Assembly (NCBI GenBank): GCA_030247515.1
Contig: JAOTSA010000001.1
Location: forward strand, 1,255-65,254
Reading direction: 5' to 3'
Source: Sulfurimonas sp.
Lineage (GTDB): Bacteria; Campylobacterota; Campylobacteria; Campylobacterales; Sulfurimonadaceae
Length of the DNA stretch: 64,000 nucleotides
The notes below the pieces were generated by a model, which saw only the letters and a program-made list of their open reading frames with translations, was not told the origin of the DNA and made no database searches. The position numbers and the translations under genes were made by a program. This document shows, piece by piece, positions 47,239 to 58,876 of this stretch; the stretch's first letter is position 1, and the number at the start of each line of letters is the position of its first letter.

Positions 47239-48291
47239 CTATTTTTTTAGCAATTCTGCTTCGATTCTTCTGTTTTGAGCTTTGCCCTCTTTAGTGTCAT
47301 TAGACGCTACAGGAGCTTTTTCGCCCATACCTTTTGAAGATACTCTGCTTGCGTCAATACCCTCTTTGATGATTAGGTTTTTAACTGCATTTGCTCTGTT
47401 GTCAGATAAAGTTTGGTTGCTCTTGTCGCTTCCAACACTGTCTGTGTGACCTACGATTTTTGCATCATAGTTTGGCATATCTTTTAAGAAGCTTGCAAAC
47501 TCTTTGATTTTTGACATATACGCATCGCCTACTTTGTAAGAGTTGTTTTCAAAATTCACATGTAGATTTACTAAAACTGAACATCCGTCATTGTCAACTT
47601 TATGTCCTGCAGGTGTTTTTGGACACTTGTCTTTAGAGTTAAGTACGCCATCTTTGTCATCATCGCCATCAACTGGTTTTGGAGCTGGAGCAGGAGCTGG
47701 TGCTGGAGTTGGAGCAGGTGCTACAACAGGTGCTGGAGCAGCAACTGGAGCAGGTGCAGCAACAACTGGCTGTGCTTTTGGACCAAATGCAACGTTTAGA
47801 CCTGCTAAAAGTGCAAGATTGTTATCCAATCTGCCGTTGTTGTTTTTTGACATATAAAGAGACTCTACTTTAAGAGCGATTGCATCAGTAAATGGAACTT
47901 TTGCTCCGATACCTACGTTTGCAAAAACACTGTCTTTATTTCCACCAAAATGCTTGTCTATAGTCTCATAACCAAGACCTACTTTTGCAAGAGGTATAAT
48001 CATGCCAAGCTTGCTATACTCATAAACACCGCTCATAGCTATACGGTAGATGTCTGTATCGATTGTAGAATTTTCATAATCGGCATCTGTATAGAGTACG
48101 CTTAATTCAGGCTTTAAGAGTGAGTTACAACCATTGTACTGTAGTTGCGCACCATAAAGAGTCTGATTTTTTAACTCTAAATTTCCCTCAGCTATGTTAT
48201 AGCCAACAACAGGTGTAACCTCATAGTTATACTCCTGTGCCATTAACAGACTGCTCGCAAGAAGTGCTGAAATCAGTAGTGTTTTTCTCAT
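47239..48291 (-). CDS. ompA: OmpA/OprF/CadF-family outer membrane protein
   Basis: 8-strand barrel N-terminus, Pro/Ala hinge, 'DDDKDGV..SKDKCP..P', OmpA_C 'GHTDSVG...LSDNRA', 'NRRIE'. Confidence 0.93.
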   Translation of the reverse strand: MRKTLLISALLASSLLMAQEYNYEVTPVVGYNIAEGNLELKNQTLYGAQLQYNGCNSLLKPELSVLYTDADYENSTIDTDIYRIAMSGVYEYSKLGMIIPLAKVGLGYETIDKHFGGNKDSVFANVGIGAKVPFTDAIALKVESLYMSKNNNGRLDNNLALLAGLNVAFGPKAQPVVAAPAPVAAPAPVVAPAPTPAPAPAPAPKPVDGDDDKDGVLNSKDKCPKTPAGHKVDNDGCSVLVNLHVNFENNSYKVGDAYMSKIKEFASFLKDMPNYDAKIVGHTDSVGSDKSNQTLSDNRANAVKNLIIKEGIDASRVSSKGMGEKAPVASNDTKEGKAQNRRIEAELLKK

Positions 48292-48377
48292 TTTTTGTAT
48301 CCTTTATATTTTTTGGAATTTTAGCAGTTGCCCTCTTAAGATAAGTATAACTTAAGAGATTAATTTGCTATTTGTAT

Positions 48378-49637
48378 CTATCTAGGGTCGCTAATGTAAC
48401 CATTAATCGCAGAGATTGCCGCAACCGCCGAGTTTGCAAGGTAAACTTTAGAGCTTCTGCTTCCCATACGACCGACAAAGTTGCGGTTTGTAGTAGAAAC
48501 TGCTACTTCGTTGTCTCCCAAAATCCCCATATATCCGCCAAGACAAGCACCGCATGTTGGGTTGCTCACAACGCCACCCGCATCGACGATAATGTCGATA
48601 TAGCCGAGTTTGTTCGCTTCTCTAAGTATCATCTGTGTCCCAGGGGTGACGATGAGACGAACATCTGGATGCACTCTTTTGCCCTTTAAAATCTCCGCCG
48701 CAACTTGCAAGTCACTTAGTCTGCCGTTTGTACAGCTCCCGATAAATGCCTGATCAATCTTGATTTTGTCACTTACCGCTTGAGAAACGCTATGCCCGTT
48801 AGACGGTAAAAATGGATAAGCGATAACAGGCTCAAGATTTGCAACATCTATCTCCAAAATCTGCACATAAGAAGCGTCTGCATCGGAGTGGTGGATTTTT
48901 GGCGTGCGTGCTAAGTTTTTATCGCTCAAAAATGCCTCTGTTGTTTCATCATAAGCGACAATCCCGCTTTTTGCACCCGCTTCAATCGCCATGTTACACA
49001 TAGAAAATCTATCGTCCATTGTAAGGTGTTCGATGGTGCTTCCCGTAAACTCCAAAGTTCTGTAAAGCGCACCGTCCACTCCAATCATACGGATGATTTC
49101 AAGGATGATATCTTTGCCTGTCGTGTATTTGCCAGGTTTTCCGCTAAGAACCACTTTGATGGACTCTGGTACTTTAAACCAGTTTCCGCCTGTTACCATC
49201 GCAAATGCCAAGTCTGTTGAACCCATACCTGTTGAAAATGCCCCAAGTGCGCCGTGCGTACAAGTGTGGCTATCTGCACCGATGATAACATCCCCAGGGA
49301 CAACAAGCCCTTTTTCAGGTAAAAGCGCATGCTCGATGCCCATATCTTTTTCATCAAAAAAGTTTTTTAGGTTATGTTTTTTAGCAAAATCACGGCTGAT
49401 GCGTGCTTGATTTGCACTTGCTATATCTTTTGCGGGGATAAAGTGGTCAAGAACTATGGAAAAACCATCTGGATTTGCAAGTTTTGTTGCACCACTATCC
49501 TCAAAAGCCTTGATGGAAATAGGTGTCGTGATATCGTTTCCGATAACCATATCGATGTTACAGCGGATAATCTCTCCTGCATAAACAGCTTTACCTACAT
49601 GCTCGGAAAATATTTTTTCAGTGATAGTTTGTCCCAT
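48378..49637 (-). CDS. leuC: 3-isopropylmalate dehydratase large subunit (homoaconitase-type)
   Basis: 'MGQTITEKIF', 'GADSHTCT.GA', 'FIGSCTNGR', 'CGACLG', 'STTNRNFVGRMG'. Start set at 49637. Confidence 0.95.
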   Translation of the reverse strand: MGQTITEKIFSEHVGKAVYAGEIIRCNIDMVIGNDITTPISIKAFEDSGATKLANPDGFSIVLDHFIPAKDIASANQARISRDFAKKHNLKNFFDEKDMGIEHALLPEKGLVVPGDVIIGADSHTCTHGALGAFSTGMGSTDLAFAMVTGGNWFKVPESIKVVLSGKPGKYTTGKDIILEIIRMIGVDGALYRTLEFTGSTIEHLTMDDRFSMCNMAIEAGAKSGIVAYDETTEAFLSDKNLARTPKIHHSDADASYVQILEIDVANLEPVIAYPFLPSNGHSVSQAVSDKIKIDQAFIGSCTNGRLSDLQVAAEILKGKRVHPDVRLIVTPGTQMILREANKLGYIDIIVDAGGVVSNPTCGACLGGYMGILGDNEVAVSTTNRNFVGRMGSRSSKVYLANSAVAAISAINGYISDPR

Positions 49638-49747
49638 AATATAGAGTTCCTTGGATTTTACTTCTTTATTTTTGGGATTATAGCATTTTTGTTTTTGTAT
49701 ATAATTTAACCCACAAAATGATACGATTGCAAAAAAAGTGACAAAAC

Positions 49748-50434
49748 ATGCAAAACAGCTACAAAAGAGTCGATGCACACCTCTCAAACCTCGGATACTG
49801 TACAAGAAGCGAAGCGAAGAAGTTTTTGAGTAAAAATGTGGTCTCCATAAACGGTGTTAGGGTTTTTGATGTACGAGAAAAGGCGCATCATAGCGATATC
49901 ACGGTCTATGGCGAGAAGCTTGATGATGAAACTCTTGTACTGCTTATGCACAAACCAAGCGGCGTTGTCTGCTCACACAGTGATGGCGGCGCACTTATCT
50001 ACGCTCTTCTTCCATTGCGTTGGCAGAGACGAAACCCAAAAATAGCAACCATCGGCAGACTTGATGCCGACACGACAGGGGCGATTTTGCTTACAGATGA
50101 TGGCGCACTCAACCACAAGCTCACAAGCCCAAAAAGTGATGTCGCAAAACTCTATGAAGCGACACTTGCACAGCCACTAAGAGGCGATGAGGCAGAGATA
50201 TTTGCCAGCGGTACGCTCATGCTTCATGGAGAGAAAAAACCGCTTTTGCCAGCGAAACTTGAAGTCGTAAGCGAGAGCGTAGCGAGGCTAGAGATTTGTG
50301 AGGGACGCTACCATCAAGTCAAGCGGATGTTTGGCGCAGTTGGAAACAGAGTTGTCGCACTCCATCGAGTGCGTTTTGGAGATTTTAGTGTGGAAGATTT
50401 AAAAGCAGGCGAGTATAAAAGAGTTTCGCTTTAG
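49748..50434 (+). CDS. RsuA-family pseudouridine synthase
   Basis: S4 domain; 'HKPSGVVCS', catalytic 'GRLDADTTG', 'EGRYHQVKRMF'. Confidence 0.93.
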   Translation: MQNSYKRVDAHLSNLGYCTRSEAKKFLSKNVVSINGVRVFDVREKAHHSDITVYGEKLDDETLVLLMHKPSGVVCSHSDGGALIYALLPLRWQRRNPKIATIGRLDADTTGAILLTDDGALNHKLTSPKSDVAKLYEATLAQPLRGDEAEIFASGTLMLHGEKKPLLPAKLEVVSESVARLEICEGRYHQVKRMFGAVGNRVVALHRVRFGDFSVEDLKAGEYKRVSL

Positions 50435-50937
50435 GCTATCTCATACTTGAGTGCTTTTTTTGTAAACTCAGCAGAACAGAAAAAAAGTGCCGCAAAAAGA
50501 GGATTTATGGTCGCACTCCCCTCTTGAAGTGTTTCAAAAATCTTTAGCTCAAACCCCTCTGCATTTTGTCCATCTTTTGCCACTATTTTAAACTCTACGG
50601 GTGCTAGTGTTTTAAGCATGGTGAGGGTTTTTTTCATCTTTTTTTCACTCTTTATGTCAAGAATATTGCGTCCAATCCCATCAGAACCATCACGCAAACG
50701 TACAACTTCTTCTAAAACATCAAATTTATCTTTAAAAATGATTTTGTTCCATGAGAGTCTAAGTCCTTTAGACTCCACTTTACACGAACTGTCTATAAGC
50801 GCATTTGGCTTTTTCTCTCTTATGGCTTCAATGAGAGCTAAAAGAGAGTTGACGCTCCCCGCTTTTGTGGCACACTCTTGCATCAACAGATGTAAACGCT
50901 TTTTTGTCTCTTCATTTTGTTTGTTGAAATTGCACAT
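50431..50937 (-). CDS. Hypothetical protein
   Basis: 168 aa ORF with AGGAAA upstream; no family recognised. Confidence 0.65.
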   Translation of the reverse strand: MCNFNKQNEETKKRLHLLMQECATKAGSVNSLLALIEAIREKKPNALIDSSCKVESKGLRLSWNKIIFKDKFDVLEEVVRLRDGSDGIGRNILDIKSEKKMKKTLTMLKTLAPVEFKIVAKDGQNAEGFELKIFETLQEGSATINPLFAALFFCSAEFTKKALKYEIA

Positions 50938-51045
50938 GAGGTTTTCCTGATTTTATAATATAATTATAATTATAGCTTAAATAGCGTGGAAGTATAATTC
51001 TGTTTAAGCATATCGTAATAACAAACTTATTACTATACGAAACTA

Positions 51046-52306
<1,261 letters not shown>

Positions 52307-52314
52307 TTATAGAT

Positions 52315-52425
52315 TAGACTTCTGCATAGCTTAAAAGTTAGATTCCAAATCAAGTTTGGAATGACGACATTTTTTAACTTTCGTCATCCTGAACTTGATT
52401 CAGGATCTTTGGTTATGCAAGTCTA
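52315..52425. repeat. Cloverleaf REP/MITE element, copy 2 (between nifS and nifU)
   Basis: CGTCATCCTGAACTTGATTCAGGATCT (52382-52408) is identical to 9616-9642. The left hairpin has a compensatory change; outer IR degenerate. Confidence 0.85.
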
Positions 52426-52462
52426 TTTGAGTTTTTATAAAATAAATTAAAGGAATAAAAAG

Positions 52463-53437
52463 ATGGCAAAGAACGATTTATTGGGTGCTTCTCTGTGGGA
52501 TGCGTACTCAAATAAAGTAACAACTTTGATGAACAACCCAAATCATCAAGGCGAGATAACTCCAGAGCAAGTGGAGAAAAATGGAAACAAGCTTATCGTG
52601 GCAGATTTTGGTGCAGAGAGTTGTGGGGATGCGGTAAGACTTTACTGGGAAGTTGACCCAAGAACAGACATTATCGTAAACTCTAAGTTTAAGAGTTTTG
52701 GATGCGGTACGGCGATAGCAAGTTCGGACATCATGACGGAACTTTGTATCGGCAAAACGGTCAAAGAAGCAGTAAAAATAACCAATATTGATGTTGAGTT
52801 TGCACTTCGTGACCATCCAGATGTTCCAGCAGTTCCACCTCAAAAGATGCACTGCTCCGTTATGGCGTATGATGTTATCAAAAAGGCGGCTTCACTCTAT
52901 TTGGGTGTGGATGCAGAGAGTTTTGAAGAGGAGATTATCGTTTGTGAGTGCGCAAGAGTAAGTTTGAGAACACTCCAAGAGGTTATCAGACTTAACGACT
53001 TAACGACGATTGAACAGATAACAGACTACACAAAAGCGGGTGGTTTTTGTAAGAGCTGTATAAGACCTGGCGGACATGAAAAAAGGGAGTACTATTTAGT
53101 GGATATTTTAAGAGACACTCGCAAAGAGATGGATGAAGAGAAGATGAAAGCGGCGGCTGATGCGGGCTCAAAAGGAAGTTTTGAAGCTATGACTTTGGTA
53201 CAACAAATCAAAGCGATTGATGCAGTAATTGACGAAAATGTGCGCCAGTTTCTTATCATGGATGGCGGAAACATGGAAGTTATCGATGTTAAACCGAGTG
53301 AAGATTATATTGATGTTTATATCCGCTATTTGGGCGCATGTAACGGATGTGCAAGTTCTGCGACAGGAACACTCTATGCGATAGAAGCAACTTTAAAAGA
53401 GAAACTCTCCAAAAAAATCAGAGTTCTACCAATTTAA
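52463..53437 (+). CDS. nifU: Fe-S cluster scaffold NifU
   Basis: IscU domain 'ESCGD', 'FGCG', 'KMHCS'; BFD-like 'CECA...CKSC'; NifU_C 'GACNGC'. Confidence 0.97.
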   Translation: MAKNDLLGASLWDAYSNKVTTLMNNPNHQGEITPEQVEKNGNKLIVADFGAESCGDAVRLYWEVDPRTDIIVNSKFKSFGCGTAIASSDIMTELCIGKTVKEAVKITNIDVEFALRDHPDVPAVPPQKMHCSVMAYDVIKKAASLYLGVDAESFEEEIIVCECARVSLRTLQEVIRLNDLTTIEQITDYTKAGGFCKSCIRPGGHEKREYYLVDILRDTRKEMDEEKMKAAADAGSKGSFEAMTLVQQIKAIDAVIDENVRQFLIMDGGNMEVIDVKPSEDYIDVYIRYLGACNGCASSATGTLYAIEATLKEKLSKKIRVLPI

Positions 53438-54267
53438 TTCCTACTTTTTGTAGGGGTTAAAAGTGGCGAATTTTCGCCCATATATCTCACATCTAAAACC
53501 GCAATCTCACACTCAAGCCAAATCCCAAATGTGTCATAAACTCTCTTTTGCGCCTCTTGTATAAGGTATATCGCCTCATCAAAAGTTCCATTTTCTACAT
53601 TGACTAAAAAATTTGCGTGTTGGGAGCTAAACTCCATGCCGCCAACTCTGTGACCCTTAAGCCCCACTGCTTCTATAAGTCTGCCCGCAAAGTCCCCTTT
53701 TGGATTTTTAAAACAGCTCCCCGCACTCGGAGTTTTTGGCTGATTTTGGCGCATTTTTTTAAACATATCCAGCTTCTCTTTACTAAAGCCATAAGAGAGT
53801 GCAAAAGTCGCCTCTAAAATAGGGCTTTTTATATCTGTATATCTGTATCCGTAAACTATCTCCTCTTTGAGAAAAGCTCCATCGCATGTGGTTATGGAGA
53901 TGAGGTTGTTAAAAATCTCATACTCCTTTAGTCCAGCATTCATAAAAACTAGACCGCCGAGTGTGCCAGGGAGATGGGAGAGAAATTCAAAATTGGCGAT
54001 ATTGTTTTTTTTGCAAAAAGATGCGATTTTTCCAGATGGCGTTGCGGCACCGATTTTAAGAACCTCATTTTCTATCTTGATAAAGTCATGTTTTTTAGAG
54101 ATTTTAAGTAGAAGAGGAGGCTGCTGACCCATCAAAATATTGTTACATGAGCCGATAACATAGTGGTTTTGGTACGCCTGCGCACACTCCTCTAAAACAG
54201 AGACATCAAAAATTCCGCCGATTTTGATGGAGGAGTATTTGGAAAAATCGGTAGCTACTTTTCGCAT
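53434..54267 (-). CDS. murB: UDP-N-acetylmuramate dehydrogenase
   Basis: 'PGTLGGLVFMNAG', 'PSAGSCFKNP', 'HANFLVN', 'LECEI'. Confidence 0.95.
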   Translation of the reverse strand: MRKVATDFSKYSSIKIGGIFDVSVLEECAQAYQNHYVIGSCNNILMGQQPPLLLKISKKHDFIKIENEVLKIGAATPSGKIASFCKKNNIANFEFLSHLPGTLGGLVFMNAGLKEYEIFNNLISITTCDGAFLKEEIVYGYRYTDIKSPILEATFALSYGFSKEKLDMFKKMRQNQPKTPSAGSCFKNPKGDFAGRLIEAVGLKGHRVGGMEFSSQHANFLVNVENGTFDEAIYLIQEAQKRVYDTFGIWLECEIAVLDVRYMGENSPLLTPTKSRN

Positions 54268-54533
54268 TACTCTACAAAGCTTGGCATCATGTTAAAAATC
54301 TCAGTTGAGAAATCAATCATAACGTTGAGCATCCACGGCATGGTAAGAATGATAACAATCGCAACACCGACAATTTTTGGGATAAAACTAAGCGTCATTT
54401 CGTTGATTTGTGTTGTAGCCTGAAATATGCTTACCGCCAGACCGATAAGCATACCCACCAACAACCCAGGAAGTGCGAGCATAAGAGCTACTTTAAAGGT
54501 CTCAATCCCCAAAGAGATAAGTTTCGCTTCCAT
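54267..54533 (-). CDS. fliQ: Flagellar export protein FliQ
   Basis: 'GLAVSIFQATTQINEMTLSFIPKI', 'PWML'. Confidence 0.97.
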   Translation of the reverse strand: MEAKLISLGIETFKVALMLALPGLLVGMLIGLAVSIFQATTQINEMTLSFIPKIVGVAIVIILTMPWMLNVMIDFSTEIFNMMPSFVE

Positions 54534-55387
54534 TAGGAGTTTCTCAACTCTTTATACTCTGTTGGTATCATAAAATCTTCCGCACGCACTAAAGCATCAT
54601 AAAAACCATGTTTATAGCCGATTTCAAAGAGTTTGTTGATAGCTTTGTACTGCAACTCGCTTAGCGAGACTGAGTCGTCATTTGCATAGAGTTCAAGATA
54701 TTTATCAAGTGTTGGGGCATCAATGCGTACAAGATTTCTCTCCAAAAGCATCTCTGAGAGTTTTGCTTTATGCTCTCTTGCAACCCTTACTGCTTTGGTA
54801 AGCGTTGCTTCATACTCTATGGCTTTGTTAAGTGGGATAGAACGCATGATAGCCATACCGCCAAGTGGCAGAGGAAGCTCTTCGCCTGCAAGTTCCTGCC
54901 AGATATCCCACATCTCCCTCTCAACTTCAAGTTCACTGTCATAAGTCAAAATACTCTCATGGATAAGCACGCCAGCATCGACTTTGCCACTTAAAACAGC
55001 CTCTTCAATCTCTAAAAAGTTCATATAGGTTATGCGTGCATCAGGGTAAGCTATGCGAAAGAGCATTGCATTTGTCGTATGCTCTCCGCTAAGTGCGACT
55101 TTAAAGTTTCGCTTGAGTTTCGCACCCTTTTTTTTGATGATTTTTGGTCCATACCCATCGCCAAAACTCACAGCAGTACGCAACAGCGCATACTCATCTC
55201 TTATATGCGGATACAGAGCAAAGCTGATAGCCGCTATCTCATACTTGCCCGCAAGTGCCTTTTCATTGAGTGTTTGGATATCTTCGGCGATATTTTCAAA
55301 CTTAACACCATCCATCCCAACCCAGCCAAACTTGATGGCATAGTACATAAAGATATCATCAGCATCTGGAGAGTGAGCGATTAGCAT
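54533..55387 (-). CDS. mqnD: Futalosine-pathway 1,4-dihydroxy-6-naphthoate synthase
   Basis: 'AHSPDADDIFMYYA', 'FGDGYGP', 'LIHE', 'LPLPLGG'. Confidence 0.88.
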   Translation of the reverse strand: MLIAHSPDADDIFMYYAIKFGWVGMDGVKFENIAEDIQTLNEKALAGKYEIAAISFALYPHIRDEYALLRTAVSFGDGYGPKIIKKKGAKLKRNFKVALSGEHTTNAMLFRIAYPDARITYMNFLEIEEAVLSGKVDAGVLIHESILTYDSELEVEREMWDIWQELAGEELPLPLGGMAIMRSIPLNKAIEYEATLTKAVRVAREHKAKLSEMLLERNLVRIDAPTLDKYLELYANDDSVSLSELQYKAINKLFEIGYKHGFYDALVRAEDFMIPTEYKELRNS

Positions 55388-55467
55388 TTTTTATTACCTT
55401 ATAAAACAATTAGCTAAATTTTAACCAATTAAGGATAAAATCTCACTTTTAAAAAAGCGAGAGAATA

Positions 55468-55518
55468 CAAAAAAATATGACAATTTGCCATATTTTTTTG
55501 CTTGCAATGAAAATTGCA
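55468..55518. promoter_or_regulatory. Two inverted repeats in the divergent mqnD/recA promoter region
   Basis: CAAAAAAATATGACA-att-TGCCATATTTTTTTG (55468-55500, 14/15 paired) and TGCAAT-gaaa-ATTGCA (55503-55518). Confidence 0.45.
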
Positions 55519-55555
55519 CTACAATAAGTCTAAATTTACTATAAAGTGAGCCACA

Positions 55556-56593
55556 ATGGACGCAAATAAACAAAAATCATTAGACTTGGCGATGAAACAG
55601 ATTGATAAGGCATTTGGCAAAGGTGCGCTTATGAGACTTGGCGATAAAGAGATAACTCCTATTGAAGCCATTAGTACGGGTTCTCTTGGGCTTGACCTCG
55701 CACTTGGCATTGGTGGAGTTCCGCAGGGCAGAGTAATTGAGATTTATGGACCAGAGAGTTCAGGAAAAACAACACTTGCACTTCAGATAACAGCAGAGTG
55801 TCAAAAAGCAGGCGGCGTTTGCGCATTTATAGATGCAGAACATGCACTTGACGTGGCATATGCAAAAAATCTCGGGGTAGATATTGAAAATCTCCTCGTT
55901 TCACAGCCAGATTATGGTGAGCAGGCTTTGGATATTGTTGAGACTATCGCAAGAAGCGGTGCAGTTGATTTGGTAGTTATCGACTCCGTTGCAGCGCTTA
56001 CGCCAAAGTCTGAAATAGAGGGCGAAATGTCCGACCAAAATGTTGGCGTTCAAGCTCGTTTGATGTCAAAAGCACTCAGAAAACTAACGGGTATTTTGCA
56101 TAAGATGAACTGTACGGTTATCTTTATCAACCAAATCCGTATGAAAATCGGCATGATGGGTTATGGCTCTCCAGAGACGACAACAGGCGGAAATGCACTT
56201 AAGTTTTACGCTTCAGTTCGTATAGATGTTAGACGAATTGCATCACTAAAACAAGGTGAGAGCCAAATAGGCAACCGTGTCAAAGCAAAAGTTATCAAAA
56301 ATAAAGTCGCACCTCCATTTCGTCAAGCTGAATTTGATATAATGTTTGGAGAGGGAATCTCTAAAGTGGGTGAACTTGTTGATTATGGTGTCAAACTCGA
56401 CATCATAGATAAAAGTGGAGCATGGTTCTCTTATGGCGAGACAAAGCTTGGTCAAGGACGTGAAAATGCAAAAGCAAAATTTACGGAAAATCCAGCCCTC
56501 GCAGCAGAAGTGGAAGAGAAGATAAGAGCAGCTATGGGAATGGGCGATTTGATGACTATGGACAGCTCTGACATGGATGAAGTAGATCTTTAA
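55556..56593 (+). CDS. recA: Recombinase A
   Basis: 'GPESSGKTT', 'IDAEHALD', '[11 protein letters not shown]', 'KNKVAPPF'. Confidence 0.99.
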   Translation: MDANKQKSLDLAMKQIDKAFGKGALMRLGDKEITPIEAISTGSLGLDLALGIGGVPQGRVIEIYGPESSGKTTLALQITAECQKAGGVCAFIDAEHALDVAYAKNLGVDIENLLVSQPDYGEQALDIVETIARSGAVDLVVIDSVAALTPKSEIEGEMSDQNVGVQARLMSKALRKLTGILHKMNCTVIFINQIRMKIGMMGYGSPETTTGGNALKFYASVRIDVRRIASLKQGESQIGNRVKAKVIKNKVAPPFRQAEFDIMFGEGISKVGELVDYGVKLDIIDKSGAWFSYGETKLGQGRENAKAKFTENPALAAEVEEKIRAAMGMGDLMTMDSSDMDEVDL

Positions 56594-56629
56594 AAGAACA
56601 CAAAATAAAATACAACGAAAGAGGTAAAA

Positions 56630-57895
56630 ATGTTTATTGATAATATAAGTGCAATTGAAGTAATGGATTCTCGTGGAAACCCAACGGTAAAAGCGACAGT
56701 AGAGCTTAGCGATGGAACAAAAGAGAGTGCGATTGTCCCTTCTGGTGCAAGTACTGGAAAGCGTGAAGCATTAGAACTTCGTGATGGCGGCAGTAGATAT
56801 ATGGGTAAAGGCGTACTTAAAGCGATTGAAAATGTCAATGGACCTATCGCTGATGTTCTTATTGGTCTCTCTCCATACAATCAAGCAATGATTGATGCTG
56901 CTATGAAAGAGGTTGACGGAACTGAAAACTACTCAAATTTGGGTGCTAATGCAGTCCTTGGTGTCTCTATGGCAGTCGCTCGTGCTGCTGCAAAGAGCCT
57001 TAAAATCCCTCTTTATCGCTATTTGGGCGGTGCAAACGCTATGGTTATCCCTACACCGATGCTCAACATCATCAATGGCGGTTCACATGCCGATAACTCG
57101 GTTGACTTTCAAGAGTATATGATTATGCCAGTTGGATTTGAAGATTTTGCAACAGCACTTCAGGCAAGCGCAGAGGTTTACCACAACCTAAAAGCGATTT
57201 TAAAAGCTAAAAAACACAACACGGCACTAGGCGACGAGGGTGGTTTTGCACCAGATTTAAGCTCAAATGAAGAGCCTATTCAAGTTATCATGGAAGCGAT
57301 AGAAAAAGCTGGATATAAAGCGGGTACGCAGATGGCAATCGCTCTTGATGTTGCGGCAAGCGAGCTTGTTGTGGATGGCGGTTATAGACTTGATAGTGAA
57401 AACAGAACGGTAACTTCTGCTGAGTTAGTTGACTACTATGTTGATTTATGTTCAAAATATCCTATCGTTTCAATCGAAGATGGTTTGAGTGAAGATGACT
57501 GGGATGGATGGAAGCTTTTGACTGAGAAGCTAGGAGACAAAGTTCAACTTGTAGGAGATGATTTGTTTGTAACTAACGCTAATATCCTCAATGAGGGTAT
57601 CCAAAAAGGTATCGCAAACTCCATTCTCATCAAGCCAAACCAAATCGGTTCAGTAAGTGAAACGATGCTAACAGTGCGTCTTGCACAAAGAAATGGTTAC
57701 AAATGCGTTATGAGCCACCGTTCAGGCGAGAGTGAAGATGCTTTCATAGCAGATTTTGCAGTAGCACTTAACTGTGGAGAAATCAAGACAGGTTCGACTG
57801 CACGTGGCGAGAGAACAGCAAAATACAATCGTCTTTTAGAGATTGAAAATGAAGTAATGTATGGTGAATATCTAGGTTCAAAACTTTTTAACTAA
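56630..57895 (+). CDS. eno: Enolase
   Basis: 'DSRGNPTV', 'GDEGGFAP', 'VGDDLFVTN', 'SHRSGESED'. Confidence 0.99.
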   Translation: MFIDNISAIEVMDSRGNPTVKATVELSDGTKESAIVPSGASTGKREALELRDGGSRYMGKGVLKAIENVNGPIADVLIGLSPYNQAMIDAAMKEVDGTENYSNLGANAVLGVSMAVARAAAKSLKIPLYRYLGGANAMVIPTPMLNIINGGSHADNSVDFQEYMIMPVGFEDFATALQASAEVYHNLKAILKAKKHNTALGDEGGFAPDLSSNEEPIQVIMEAIEKAGYKAGTQMAIALDVAASELVVDGGYRLDSENRTVTSAELVDYYVDLCSKYPIVSIEDGLSEDDWDGWKLLTEKLGDKVQLVGDDLFVTNANILNEGIQKGIANSILIKPNQIGSVSETMLTVRLAQRNGYKCVMSHRSGESEDAFIADFAVALNCGEIKTGSTARGERTAKYNRLLEIENEVMYGEYLGSKLFN

Positions 57896-57903
57896 GAAGA
57901 CGT

Positions 57904-58182
57904 ATGAGCAAAGAGGAACTTTTTAGCGGCATCAGCGATACTCAGAGTTTTACTCAAAAGTATCTTGGTTTCTCTTTTGCAAAGTTTTTTATACTTCTTT
58001 TTGTGGTAGTTGGGCTTGGTGTTTACATAGGACTTCTGCTTTATGGCGAGAACTCTCTGCAGGTTTACATGGGTCTTGTGGAGTATGAAAGTCATCTTCA
58101 AACAGAGATAGAGAGACTTAAAAATGAGAACGCAGAGCTTCAAAGAGAGTACTTTGAACTAAAAGAGATTTCTGCAAAATAG
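57904..58182 (+). CDS. Septum formation initiator / FtsB-like protein
   Basis: TM plus leucine-zipper 'IERLKNENAELQREYFELK'; follows eno. Confidence 0.7.
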   Translation: MSKEELFSGISDTQSFTQKYLGFSFAKFFILLFVVVGLGVYIGLLLYGENSLQVYMGLVEYESHLQTEIERLKNENAELQREYFELKEISAK

Positions 58183-58220
58183 TATATAATACCTAAAAAG
58201 ATAAATGTGGGGGCGGTGTT

Positions 58221-58871
58221 TTGTTTAAAATTTTATCTCTTTTTGCCCTCATTGTGTCGCTGGAAGCTAGAGAGAATCCCTTTTTCCCACCAGAGGGCGA
58301 GAAAGACATCCCTTTTACGACAAACAAAGAGAATGGCAAATCTCCGTTAAAGCAAACCGCCATTTCTCTTCCTCCACAAGCTAGAGTACTTCAAAAAGTA
58401 ACAATAGAATTTAAAAATCTTGATGGCTCTGTTGAGACAAAAAGTATCGAACTGGAAAACTCCATCGATTGGCATCTTCCTCTTTTAGTATCCCAAAAAC
58501 AGACAGAATCTTCATCTTCACAAGAGCAGAAAACCCCTGAACAAACAGAGACTAAGAAAAAAAATGTAGAATCAAAAGGAGTTATTTCGAACTCTACTTT
58601 AAAGTTTGTAGTATCTGCAAAGAGTTTAAAAATAGAGACAAAAAGTGAAGTTTTACGAAATTTTTTACTTGCAAGCCCTCACAGAATCGTGATGGATTTT
58701 AAGAGCGAAACAGAAGTTGCAGATTTTACAAAAAAAGAGTTTGATACAATTTTTAAAGAGATAAGAATCGGCAACCATAAAGGCTATTACAGGATAGTTG
58801 TTGAGCTTGATGGACTATATAAGTATAGCTTTAAAAATGTGGCTGATGGATATTTTATTGAATTAAAATAG
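58221..58871 (+). CDS. AMIN-domain protein
   Basis: 'ARENPF', C-terminal AMIN 'FLLASPHRIVMDF...IRIGNHKGYYRIVVEL'. Confidence 0.85.
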   Translation: MFKILSLFALIVSLEARENPFFPPEGEKDIPFTTNKENGKSPLKQTAISLPPQARVLQKVTIEFKNLDGSVETKSIELENSIDWHLPLLVSQKQTESSSSQEQKTPEQTETKKKNVESKGVISNSTLKFVVSAKSLKIETKSEVLRNFLLASPHRIVMDFKSETEVADFTKKEFDTIFKEIRIGNHKGYYRIVVELDGLYKYSFKNVADGYFIELK

Positions 58872-58876
58872 ATTTT

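Noticed and set aside
47680-47760. Pro/Ala hexamer repeats in ompA
   Set aside because: Ordinary OmpA/OprF hinge linker, well described.
49638-49805. 56-aa N-terminal extension of LeuC in the ORF track
   Set aside because: Overlaps the divergent pseudouridine synthase gene and promoter; the conserved LeuC start is MGQTITEK at 49637.
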